Source: a virus (Duplodnaviria; Caudoviricetes). Taken from it: a stretch of 55,767 nt of DNA. The notes under the pieces are model-generated. The model saw only the letters and a program-made list of their open reading frames with translations, was not told where the DNA came from and did no database searches. Position numbers and translations under genes: made by a program. The stretch covers positions 1-55,767 of the IMG/VR virus record IMGVR_UViG_3300031973_001744; one strand, 5' to 3'. Of this stretch, positions 37,786-45,784 are shown one piece after another (the stretch's first letter is position 1; every line of letters starts with the position of its first letter).

Positions 37786-38783
37786 AATAAATGTGGCTTT
37801 CCCTCAGTTAATCCTGCGTTAGTAACTCTAACATATTCTGGATAGAATTGATCTAAGCTATTAGCTCCAGCATAAGAACAAGCTGATCTAATTCCATCTA
37901 TCAATCCAGATAAAATAAATTTAACTCCACCTTTAAAAGGTATGGTAGTTGACTCTCCTTCTACATTTCTCTCTGCTTGACCATGAGCAGTTTTAGTTTC
38001 TAGAGAAGCGGAGCCGCGATATCGTTTATACAACGATCCATTCTTCTCAATAATCTTACCAGGAGCTTCTTGCGTACCAGCTAATAAAGATCCTAACATC
38101 ACACAATCTGCTCCTACTGCTAGAGCCTTTGCTATATCACCAGAAGTTCTAATCCCACCATCAGCCATAATAGGTACTTCAGCAATACGAGAGATCTCTT
38201 CTAAACACGTCACATTAGGTACTCCAAAGCCAGTCTGTACTCGAGTAGTACAAAGAGACCCTCCACCAATACCAACTCTTAATCCATCTACTCCTGCTGC
38301 TTGAAGATCAGCTGCTGCTTGAGCTGTAGCAATATTTCCGGCAATGATATCAACATGTTCGGGTAAATTTTTCTTACACCATTTAACCATATCGATAACA
38401 TTCTTATGGTGACCATGAGCAACATCAATAACTAAAATATCAGCTGCAGCTTCAACTAAAGCAACTGCACGCTCTTTATCTCTTTCACTTACTCCAATAG
38501 CTCCCATTCCTAAGCTTACTGGATACATTTGATTAAACATACCCATAATTGAAGCTTGTTCTTCAATAGAATTAAATCTATGCAAGCATCCAACTCCTCC
38601 TATCTTAGCCATTGCCATCATCATATCATATCCACAAACAGTATCCATACAAGATGCTACTAAAGGGATAGGCATAGAATAATTTCTACTAACTTGACAA
38701 GTTAAATCAACATCAGTTCTAGATCGTATTACTGAGTAGTTAGGAACTAATTGAATATCATCGTATGTTAATGCTACTTTCAT
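37782..38783 (-). CDS. IMP dehydrogenase / GMP reductase family enzyme (GuaB/GuaC), no CBS domains
   Basis: LTYDDIQLVP, MDTV, IDVAHGH, AGNIAT, catalytic GIGGGSLCTTR, ADGGI, MLGSLLAG, YRGSAS and VEG. Confidence 0.92.
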   Translation of the reverse strand: MKVALTYDDIQLVPNYSVIRSRTDVDLTCQVSRNYSMPIPLVASCMDTVCGYDMMMAMAKIGGVGCLHRFNSIEEQASIMGMFNQMYPVSLGMGAIGVSERDKERAVALVEAAADILVIDVAHGHHKNVIDMVKWCKKNLPEHVDIIAGNIATAQAAADLQAAGVDGLRVGIGGGSLCTTRVQTGFGVPNVTCLEEISRIAEVPIMADGGIRTSGDIAKALAVGADCVMLGSLLAGTQEAPGKIIEKNGSLYKRYRGSASLETKTAHGQAERNVEGESTTIPFKGGVKFILSGLIDGIRSACSYAGANSLDQFYPEYVRVTNAGLTEGKPHLL

Positions 38784-38785
38784 AT

Positions 38786-39232
38786 CTACTTTATCATAAA
38801 ATTTAATTCCGGCAAGTCGCCACCATTGAGCTCTTTATATTTTTTAATACAAGCTTCTTCTAATTCACGTTGTAAAGATCCTTCTAATTCAAACTCTCCT
38901 ATCTTATAATCAACTTTAGGAGTTTCAACTAAATAAAAAGTTATTTGATTGTACTTATCTTTGATAGCCTCTCTAATTCGATTATTAGTTCGATTAGTAA
39001 TACTTACATACTGTACTCCTAATCTGTGTGCTAAAGATCTACTCTCTCCAAACTTTAAAATCTCTCCATCTGGACTTACAAACATATAAACTCCAGGTTT
39101 CTTCCAATCCTTTTTATTAAGAGTAAAGGTGGTAGCAACTCCTTGCTTATATTTTTCTGATGTATTGATATAACCAGCTTTCTTGAAGCCAACCATGTCA
39201 CAAAAATATCTTACTAATGATGTATCTACCAT
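38786..39232 (-). CDS. GIY-YIG-like endonuclease
   Basis: PGVYMFV...ILKFGES...HRL...LEE...LPELN. Confidence 0.6.
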   Translation of the reverse strand: MVDTSLVRYFCDMVGFKKAGYINTSEKYKQGVATTFTLNKKDWKKPGVYMFVSPDGEILKFGESRSLAHRLGVQYVSITNRTNNRIREAIKDKYNQITFYLVETPKVDYKIGEFELEGSLQRELEEACIKKYKELNGGDLPELNFMIK

Positions 39233-39516
39233 TTCTTAATAATGTTTTCTAGCTCCATAGAACCTTGTAAATAAAATACAAAAGTATCAGAATCAAATTC
39301 AAATCGTACACCAGAGATATTCTCATCAGGAACATACTTTAAAAATGGAGAAAGATCTTGAGGTAAGGATACTTCAATCCATAAAGCCATCTGCTCTTTA
39401 GTGCATTGAATATCTAATGATTCATATGATGGAATAAAATGAATTCCATTCTTTCTTGGTACTGGAGTAAATTCCATATTACCTTCTGGGGTTGAGATGT
39501 TAATATAATTTTTCAT
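39226..39516 (-). CDS. Hypothetical protein
   Basis: 96-aa ORF. Confidence 0.6.
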   Translation of the reverse strand: MKNYINISTPEGNMEFTPVPRKNGIHFIPSYESLDIQCTKEQMALWIEVSLPQDLSPFLKYVPDENISGVRFEFDSDTFVFYLQGSMELENIIKKW

Positions 39517-39520
39517 AACT

Positions 39521-39751
39521 CTAATTTAAATAAACATAATAAAAGGATATAACAGCACTAGCAATAATTATAGGCCAGCTTAGTATATCATATAATATAA
39601 ATTCTAACGTTGGTCCGGCTGCTGGAAATATCATTCCAATAAAAAGAGTAAAAACAGAAATCGGAAAACCAATTATACAAAATATGATAAAAAAGAAAAA
39701 TATAAACGCTAGTATATTACCGAGAAACTTATCTTCATCAAACTGATTCAT
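39521..39751 (-). CDS. Small membrane protein
   Basis: Almost entirely hydrophobic, 2 TM segments. Confidence 0.55.
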   Translation of the reverse strand: MNQFDEDKFLGNILAFIFFFFIIFCIIGFPISVFTLFIGMIFPAAGPTLEFILYDILSWPIIIASAVISFYYVYLN

Positions 39752-39981
39752 ATTGCAAAAAATTTAATATTTTCCTTACGAGTACGACCATGCTCAGTCT
39801 TTACATAATTTTCACAATGATCATCATAGACTGATTGTAAACGACTTAGAGTCCAAAACTTAATCTCAGTCCTATTACGATCTGCAAAATTCTCTCCATA
39901 GCCCCAATTCTCTACAAAGGCTTTGATTGCTTCCTCTCGATTATCAAATCGTTGAGGCATAACTGTAGTGTATTTTTTCAT
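39748..39981 (-). CDS. Hypothetical early protein
   Basis: 77 aa with a promoter cassette upstream. Confidence 0.65.
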   Translation of the reverse strand: MKKYTTVMPQRFDNREEAIKAFVENWGYGENFADRNRTEIKFWTLSRLQSVYDDHCENYVKTEHGRTRKENIKFFAI

Positions 39982-40035
39982 AACTTATTTATTTAACTTA
40001 TATTAAAGATACGAAAAATATCTCAGACTTTCTAC
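39982..40035 (-). promoter_or_regulatory. Early promoter/leader cassette
   Basis: GTAG-N20-TATCTTTA then ATATAAGTTAAATAAATAAGTT-ATG. Confidence 0.7.
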
Positions 40036-40361
40036 TATCTTTGTAACTTTTCTAGCTCGGCTTTTAACTTTTTTAGCTCTTTAATCTGATCGCTAGTATG
40101 AAGATTTCTCATAGTCATTCCTACTTTACACATCATAGAGATTACAATAGATAAACCAACACCAATTGCAAACTCTTTTAAGTTATCAGCATATCTATGC
40201 GCTATAAATGTATAAATTCCGGAAGCAACTAAATTAAAGAACATCGCTCCACCTATAAAGATAAACACAGCCTTAGGATCATATCTAAACGACATGAATG
40301 TTAAAGTAATATTAACAGGTAAAAGAATAAAACATAAACCAAGTCCTATAAATAAGTCCAT
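40035..40361 (-). CDS. Three-TM membrane protein
   Basis: Likely start MDLFIG at 40361; hydrophobic helices and a coiled C-terminus. Confidence 0.6.
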   Translation of the reverse strand: MDLFIGLGLCFILLPVNITLTFMSFRYDPKAVFIFIGGAMFFNLVASGIYTFIAHRYADNLKEFAIGVGLSIVISMMCKVGMTMRNLHTSDQIKELKKLKAELEKLQR

Positions 40362-40708
40362 TACTTCCACAAAATTTGAATTAAAAGAATAATTAAAGCT
40401 AATGATAAGCAAACTGCATGTTTAGCAGTTAAAGATTGTCCTCCTATCTTCCAGGTTAAAAAAGAAAATACAAATATTCCAATAGCAAAGCCTATCAAGC
40501 GTATCGGCCACAATTGAAAATTAAATGCTATCCCTACGTATTTTGTAGAATAGATATAAAGTATTGAGATAGGAATTCCCAATAAGGACATATAAAATAT
40601 GTTCTTACTAACCCATTCATTATAAAATTGATAATTGGTTTGATACCAAGTTCCTACTTGAGCAAAAATAAAAATTAATACTCCTAATAATAAATAACCT
40701 ATTTTCAT
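40361..40708 (-). CDS. Four-TM small membrane protein (SMR/DMT-like size)
   Basis: 115 aa with four hydrophobic helices. Confidence 0.6.
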   Translation of the reverse strand: MKIGYLLLGVLIFIFAQVGTWYQTNYQFYNEWVSKNIFYMSLLGIPISILYIYSTKYVGIAFNFQLWPIRLIGFAIGIFVFSFLTWKIGGQSLTAKHAVCLSLALIILLIQILWK

Positions 40709-41010
40709 TTATCTTGATCTTCAACTAAAAGATTTTGCTTAATTTCTTCAAGCTTATTATTAAAATAATTTTCCCAAAAAATTGCTTTTTTATATTTAGT
40801 GCACATACTTTTACCTTCTAAACTAACTTTTGAAGCTTTTATTTTTAAATGTCTACAATATAGTTTAAATTTTAATTTATCCTCCAGACCTTGAACTGTA
40901 AAACTAAAATGAATTCTATCATTATTATTTCTATCAATTTTAAAATTTGGAAGATTAGATGATAACCAATCTAATAATATTGTATTAATAATTTTTAATT
41001 TATTATTCAT
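40705..41010 (-). CDS. Hypothetical protein
   Basis: 101-aa coupled ORF. Confidence 0.5.
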   Translation of the reverse strand: MNNKLKIINTILLDWLSSNLPNFKIDRNNNDRIHFSFTVQGLEDKLKFKLYCRHLKIKASKVSLEGKSMCTKYKKAIFWENYFNNKLEEIKQNLLVEDQDK

Positions 41011-41311
41011 TATTAGATTTTAATATCTCAAGAGCTTCTTTCACTTTTATACATAGTTCATATTCTTCCTGTTTTTCTAGATCTGGAAGATTACTTTCAA
41101 ATACAGCTTCTAAATCCTCTTTACCCATACTAAACTCAAAAATAACTTCATCTTTAAGAACAGTAGCATATAAAAAATAAATTCTTTCTTCATCAGATTT
41201 CATATGCTCTAAAGCAGTTTCAACCATAGCTATTACTACTTGTGGATCTTTACTTTCAATAGCATGAGCAAGATCTTCGTAATTTTTATATTTAAGCTTA
41301 AGCGGTTTCAT
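41003..41311 (-). CDS. Hypothetical protein with C-terminal UVR-like motif
   Basis: LEKQEEYELCIKVKE; likely start MKPLKL at 41311. Confidence 0.6.
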   Translation of the reverse strand: MKPLKLKYKNYEDLAHAIESKDPQVVIAMVETALEHMKSDEERIYFLYATVLKDEVIFEFSMGKEDLEAVFESNLPDLEKQEEYELCIKVKEALEILKSNNE

Positions 41312-41313
41312 TA

Positions 41314-41640
41314 TTATATTTCTTTTTCTACATATACACAAGTATTACCTTTTGTGAATTCTTTTTCAATTAATAAAGGTAAACTTTTTGGTAAACACCA
41401 AGCATAAGCTTTATAACCTTTATAATTTTTTTGCGTATACTCCCATCTGGTTTCCCATAACTCTCTATAGATTCCTTGTCTTCTATATCTTTTATCAACC
41501 CAGGCATCTAATAACTTTATCTTTTTATCATTTTGTATTGAAAGAAAAACGTGACCAATAGTATTACCATCCGCATCTACTGCCAGCCAGCCAACCAGAG
41601 GTTGACCATTGGTTTCTACTTTTACTATTTGGTACTTCAC
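41314..41640 (-). CDS. GNAT family acetyltransferase
   Basis: AWVDKRYRRQGIYREL acetyl-CoA-binding motif A. Confidence 0.8.
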   Translation of the reverse strand: MKYQIVKVETNGQPLVGWLAVDADGNTIGHVFLSIQNDKKIKLLDAWVDKRYRRQGIYRELWETRWEYTQKNYKGYKAYAWCLPKSLPLLIEKEFTKGNTCVYVEKEI

Positions 41641-41676
41641 TCTTTCCTACAATCATAATATTATATATATCAGAAC

Positions 41677-41708
41677 TAAATTTAATAAAAATTTATTTAA
41701 TAAACAAC
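41677..41708 (-). promoter_or_regulatory. Bacteroidetes-like -33/-7 promoter
   Basis: GTTG-N20-TAAATTTA. Confidence 0.5.
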
Positions 41709-41872
41709 TATTTAGTATCAAAAATTTTAAAGAAATTATTAGAGACTTTTTTTTCTCTAAGTTTTTGATTACGCTCATCATCTTTCAACATCTTAGTAGC
41801 ATTCTTTTCTAACTGTTTTGATTTATTTAAATCATATTTAGAAAATAGCTCTTTGTGTTTAGGTGTCTTCAT
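41708..41872 (-). CDS. 54-aa basic hypothetical protein
   Basis: MKTPKHKELFSKYDLNKSKQLEKNATKMLKDDERNQKLREKKVSNNFFKIFDTK; not in the track. Confidence 0.5.
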   Translation of the reverse strand: MKTPKHKELFSKYDLNKSKQLEKNATKMLKDDERNQKLREKKVSNNFFKIFDTK

Positions 41873-42497
41873 TTCGGCTTATTAATTTATTTATCTCCTT
41901 CTCTTCCTCTCCTTCTAATCCTAACTCTTTTAGTCTCTTATAGTGGTAATCATTCAATTGCCATTTAGGTTCCTTAACCTTAGTTGGTACATAATCCTCT
42001 ACAGCTTTTAACTGTTGTTGAGATAAAGGATCACCAACAAATAAGAAATAGCAATTATAACACATTAAAGAAACATTCTCTAAAGAATAATTTCTTTTAT
42101 TACCATCTTTAAAATTTAGAACCAGAGGGGTCTTATAATCAATTACCCTCCTCTCTTGAAAACCACATTGACTACATTTCTCTTCCAACAACCCTTCTGA
42201 GATCATTTTCTGTTTTATCCTCTCGGGTGTAAACGACGAGGGATCAATATGACCATTTACTATATCAAAGATACCCACCTCCGTCCCAGAGTTTCTCAGT
42301 AACTTAGGTATACCTTGTCCGGCTTGATTTTTATGTTCTTCCCATAAATCAATACCCTTATCATTTCTATACAACTTCGCAAACTTCTTATAATGATTAA
42401 ACGAAACATGTAAGTACCGAGCTGCTGCTCGATTAGAAGAAGTTTTATCCATTGCATTAAGTATATCTTGTTTACTTAATGGTTTTGGTTTTGGCAT
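41859..42497 (-). CDS. HTH + HNH-like zinc-finger protein
   Basis: N-terminal HTH (SNRAAARYLHVS); CSQC...LNFKDGNKRNYSLENVSLMCYNC. Confidence 0.7.
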   Translation of the reverse strand: MPKPKPLSKQDILNAMDKTSSNRAAARYLHVSFNHYKKFAKLYRNDKGIDLWEEHKNQAGQGIPKLLRNSGTEVGIFDIVNGHIDPSSFTPERIKQKMISEGLLEEKCSQCGFQERRVIDYKTPLVLNFKDGNKRNYSLENVSLMCYNCYFLFVGDPLSQQQLKAVEDYVPTKVKEPKWQLNDYHYKRLKELGLEGEEEKEINKLISRNEDT

Positions 42498-42500
42498 TCT

Positions 42501-42680
42501 CTACTTATTTTTATCTCCTTTAAAGACGACCATCTCTTGACTGACGTCCTCTTTAAAAACATTGGTGTTAATTAAAGCCCTATACGGAGTTACATCCGAA
42601 CAATTTATACAAACCGTTGTTCCAGGCAAAGCCTTTAACCTTAAAGGATTAATCACCACCCCACATACTGTACAATTCAT
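42501..42680 (-). CDS. Small DksA/TraR-type zinc finger protein (59 aa)
   Basis: Not in the track: MNCTVCGVVINPLRLKALPGTTVCINCSDV... Confidence 0.8.
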   Translation of the reverse strand: MNCTVCGVVINPLRLKALPGTTVCINCSDVTPYRALINTNVFKEDVSQEMVVFKGDKNK

Positions 42681-43108
42681 TTTTTCTTACCTTTTATTAT
42701 CTTAAAAAGATCTTGGATAGTATCTATGTCTTTAAATTCATTATTTAGTTCTTCATCTTCTTCATCTAAAAACTCTACCTCAATATCTTTAAGATCATGA
42801 CTCTTATAATATACCCACCACATTATTATCTCAGAATTCTCTCTACCATATAATTGGTCTAATAAAAACTCAATCAAGACAAAGAACTCTTCATCGTGAT
42901 CAAATAAAATAATACCTGTTTGTTGGGCTACTCTATCAGCTTTGCTGACTAATTGTTTTAACTTTTCTATTATCTCAACAAATGCTTTCTCTTCTTCTTT
43001 TAATAAAGTAGTTTCAGATAATTGCACACTAACTTTATTATCTAACAACTTAGTTAATTCTTTGAGCTGTTTTTTAAAATCCATCGTAATAAAGTTTTTC
43101 ATCTTCAT
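42677..43108 (-). CDS. Hypothetical acidic helical protein
   Basis: 143 aa, IIMWWVY; TATTTAT upstream. Confidence 0.65.
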   Translation of the reverse strand: MKMKNFITMDFKKQLKELTKLLDNKVSVQLSETTLLKEEEKAFVEIIEKLKQLVSKADRVAQQTGIILFDHDEEFFVLIEFLLDQLYGRENSEIIMWWVYYKSHDLKDIEVEFLDEEDEELNNEFKDIDTIQDLFKIIKGKKK

Positions 43109-43125
43109 AAATAAATATCTTGCTT

Positions 43126-43905
43126 TTAAATAGTTTTAAGATTATTATTAGGATTATGCTGAATAAAACTTCCCCACTTATATTTAGCGTAATGATGACC
43201 TCTTTGTTCTGATTGTTGTCTTGATAACTCTTTTTCCTTATCGTTAACCGTCAAAGAAACAAAATGATAAAAAGATAGATTATAATCTCGAATTAATTTA
43301 TAACCTGCAAGGTTGCATTTCAAAAAGAAGTCCCAATCCGCCACCATACCCAATTCATACTTATCATCCCAACCACCAATAGTCAAAAAATCTAATCTAT
43401 TCATATAAATTGGTAATGTTGATCCCGAATCGTCAACCAACGATTTGGCAACCTCTTGTTCGTATTCCCAGTATCTTTCCAGATCAAATGTCTTCGGATC
43501 TCGACCTAAGTCCTGGATTACAAACTGCTTGAACATCGATGGTTGAGGTTCGATCTGATTTGGAGCACAAACTCTACCCTTCATCTCTCCTAACTCCTCT
43601 AATCTTGTATCCCATTTATCTGGAAACACATTATCATCATTTACTATTAGAATGTTATCATTTGACGCATTATAAACCCCTAGATTGGTCGCCGTACTAA
43701 GGCCTTGGTTCTGTTCTAGGTCAAGTATTGAGATATGATCTTCATATTTATCCAATATATATTTATTAAGATTGTAGTATCCATCGGTAATCGCGATCAA
43801 CTCATTTTCTTTTTCTTGACCTTCTATTGCTGATCTTAAACATAAATCTAACGCCTCGGGACTTTTGTAAGTTGGAATAATAACGCTTATCATACCTCTT
43901 CCCAA
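43126..43905 (-). CDS. Glycosyltransferase family 2
   Basis: ISVIIPTY, TDG, NQG...TNLG, VNDD, GGWD and DWDF. Confidence 0.9.
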   Translation of the reverse strand: MGRGMISVIIPTYKSPEALDLCLRSAIEGQEKENELIAITDGYYNLNKYILDKYEDHISILDLEQNQGLSTATNLGVYNASNDNILIVNDDNVFPDKWDTRLEELGEMKGRVCAPNQIEPQPSMFKQFVIQDLGRDPKTFDLERYWEYEQEVAKSLVDDSGSTLPIYMNRLDFLTIGGWDDKYELGMVADWDFFLKCNLAGYKLIRDYNLSFYHFVSLTVNDKEKELSRQQSEQRGHHYAKYKWGSFIQHNPNNNLKTI

Positions 43906-44582
43906 TTAACTATTGGTGAAAGCATTCCTCCTTCAACGTGAGTAGAGTACCCCGGCATACAAGATATTAAATTAGATCCTTGATTCCATAAATCCGTAAA
44001 CTTATCGTGATCCTTAGTCCATTTATCAACTAAGTCACAATATTTTACATGTGTATCAAAATGCTTTTTTAAAGTACCAAATTTACACGCATAAGTATTA
44101 GTAGTTGATGGAACGGTTCTCCAATGTACCGACGGAGTAGCTATAATTTTTGATTGTAAAGATTCATACATCGGTAGGAAATATTTATCCGGATGATCAT
44201 ATAAAGTATAATAATCAGCTCCTATATATTCAAACCCTTCAACTAAAATATCAATCCAACCTTCTCTATGTAAATAATCATCTTCTAAAAAATAAATAAT
44301 ATCATCATCTTTATAATCTTGTTCTATAACATAATTCAAAAGATTTAAAAATGATTGAGCATCATTACCTCCTTTCTTACTTATTTTATTTACTTGTTTA
44401 TTTTTTAAAAAATGCTCTTCTATCGAACCATTACCACTATCATGAAAAGCAGTATATTCTACTCTAGCGTCTAATGTATTAATTAAACTATCAAATATTT
44501 TTTCTCTATCAAACCAATCAGGTCTTGGTTTATTATGTGAATTAGAAGAAAAGTTACAATGTCTTTGAAATATTCTTATCAT
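43890..44582 (-). CDS. GT-A fold glycosyltransferase-like protein
   Basis: IYFLEDDYLH DxD-like motif; PGYSTH. Confidence 0.65.
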   Translation of the reverse strand: MIRIFQRHCNFSSNSHNKPRPDWFDREKIFDSLINTLDARVEYTAFHDSGNGSIEEHFLKNKQVNKISKKGGNDAQSFLNLLNYVIEQDYKDDDIIYFLEDDYLHREGWIDILVEGFEYIGADYYTLYDHPDKYFLPMYESLQSKIIATPSVHWRTVPSTTNTYACKFGTLKKHFDTHVKYCDLVDKWTKDHDKFTDLWNQGSNLISCMPGYSTHVEGGMLSPIVNWEEV

Positions 44583-44583
44583 T

Positions 44584-45171
44584 TTATTTTTTTAATATTG
44601 CTATAATTTCATTACCATGTTCATTACTTTTAGCTCTAATATCAAAAACATAAAAATCTGTATATTGTTTTGCTAAATGACTTAATTGAGGTAAATAGTC
44701 TTGTGTAATATCTTCACATATAAGTACGCCTCCTGGGTTAAGTAAGTCATAGTAATTATTAAAGAATTTAATTTGACTATCAAACATATGATCTCCATCA
44801 TCTAAAATAATATCAAATTTATATCCTTTTGTTAATAGATTATTAGATACTTTTTCATCATAACCATTTACTCCTTGCATTAATTCTACTTTATTAGAGA
44901 AATTTCTAGTAAGATTATTTTCTTTAAGATATCTAACAAACGATTCATTATCATCAATATCCATTCCTACTATTTTACTAAATTGTGGAGATGAATCCCA
45001 TACTTCTAATGAATCTCCAAATCTTATTCCTATTTCTAAAATACTTAACGGTTCATTCTTTTTAAGATAATGTGTATTAATAATATAATCATAAACTACT
45101 GCATACTTATGAGTATGATTTTTATCAGAAGTAGAATTATTAAATGCTTCTATATAATTAAAATAATTCAT
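44584..45171 (-). CDS. Class I SAM-dependent methyltransferase (probable sugar O-methyltransferase)
   Basis: LEIGIRFGDSL, GMDI, FDIILDDGDH and LNPGGVLICED. Confidence 0.85.
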   Translation of the reverse strand: MNYFNYIEAFNNSTSDKNHTHKYAVVYDYIINTHYLKKNEPLSILEIGIRFGDSLEVWDSSPQFSKIVGMDIDDNESFVRYLKENNLTRNFSNKVELMQGVNGYDEKVSNNLLTKGYKFDIILDDGDHMFDSQIKFFNNYYDLLNPGGVLICEDITQDYLPQLSHLAKQYTDFYVFDIRAKSNEHGNEIIAILKK

Positions 45172-45172
45172 A

Positions 45173-45784
45173 TTATTTTTTTATTCTTTCTATAATAGTT
45201 AATCCACTACAATTAGTAAATCTTTCTTTTAATCTCCAAATGTTTTTATTTTCTTCTAAAAACTCTTCTATAGCTGGCCATATTCCGGTACCTTCTTTAC
45301 CATCTTCACCATTCCATTCAAAGTTAGTAGTATCGTGAAAAACTATATATTTTTTTACTTTATTACTATGAAGTTTTAGTTCTTGTTTTAATTGATCGTA
45401 TACATGCTCAGTATCAATAAATAATAAATCAGTTTCCTCTATATCTACTTTTAAAACATCCGCGCAATGAAATTGAAAATCTATATCGTAATAATTTGCT
45501 ATTTTTTTCACTTCATCTACGCTTGCACCCCATTCTTCAGGATTAATAATATCATAGGAAATTAATTTTTCTGGACAGCATCCTAACCAAACCCAAGTAG
45601 AAACTATCCATCTTACTCCCATTTCAGTAATATGATCACATTCTTGACCATATTTTAAAATAGTAGGAACGTGTTCATTAATATCAGATGGAATAGAATA
45701 TACATTATTAATTATATCACGAAGAATATTTGGATAAGGTTCAGCCTTAATTCTTCTATCTCCATAACCTGCTCTTTTATTCAT
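45173..45784 (-). CDS. Class I SAM-dependent methyltransferase (Methyltransf_24-like)
   Basis: ITEMGVR, SYDI, LLFIDTEH.Y.QL..EL and VFHDT. Confidence 0.8.
   Translation of the reverse strand: MNKRAGYGDRRIKAEPYPNILRDIINNVYSIPSDINEHVPTILKYGQECDHITEMGVRWIVSTWVWLGCCPEKLISYDIINPEEWGASVDEVKKIANYYDIDFQFHCADVLKVDIEETDLLFIDTEHVYDQLKQELKLHSNKVKKYIVFHDTTNFEWNGEDGKEGTGIWPAIEEFLEENKNIWRLKERFTNCSGLTIIERIKK

Noticed and set aside
30558-40035. Repeated intergenic elements as a CRISPR array or integron attC sites
   Set aside because: The repeats are separated by whole genes, are non-palindromic and match promoter architecture; no cas or integrase gene is seen.
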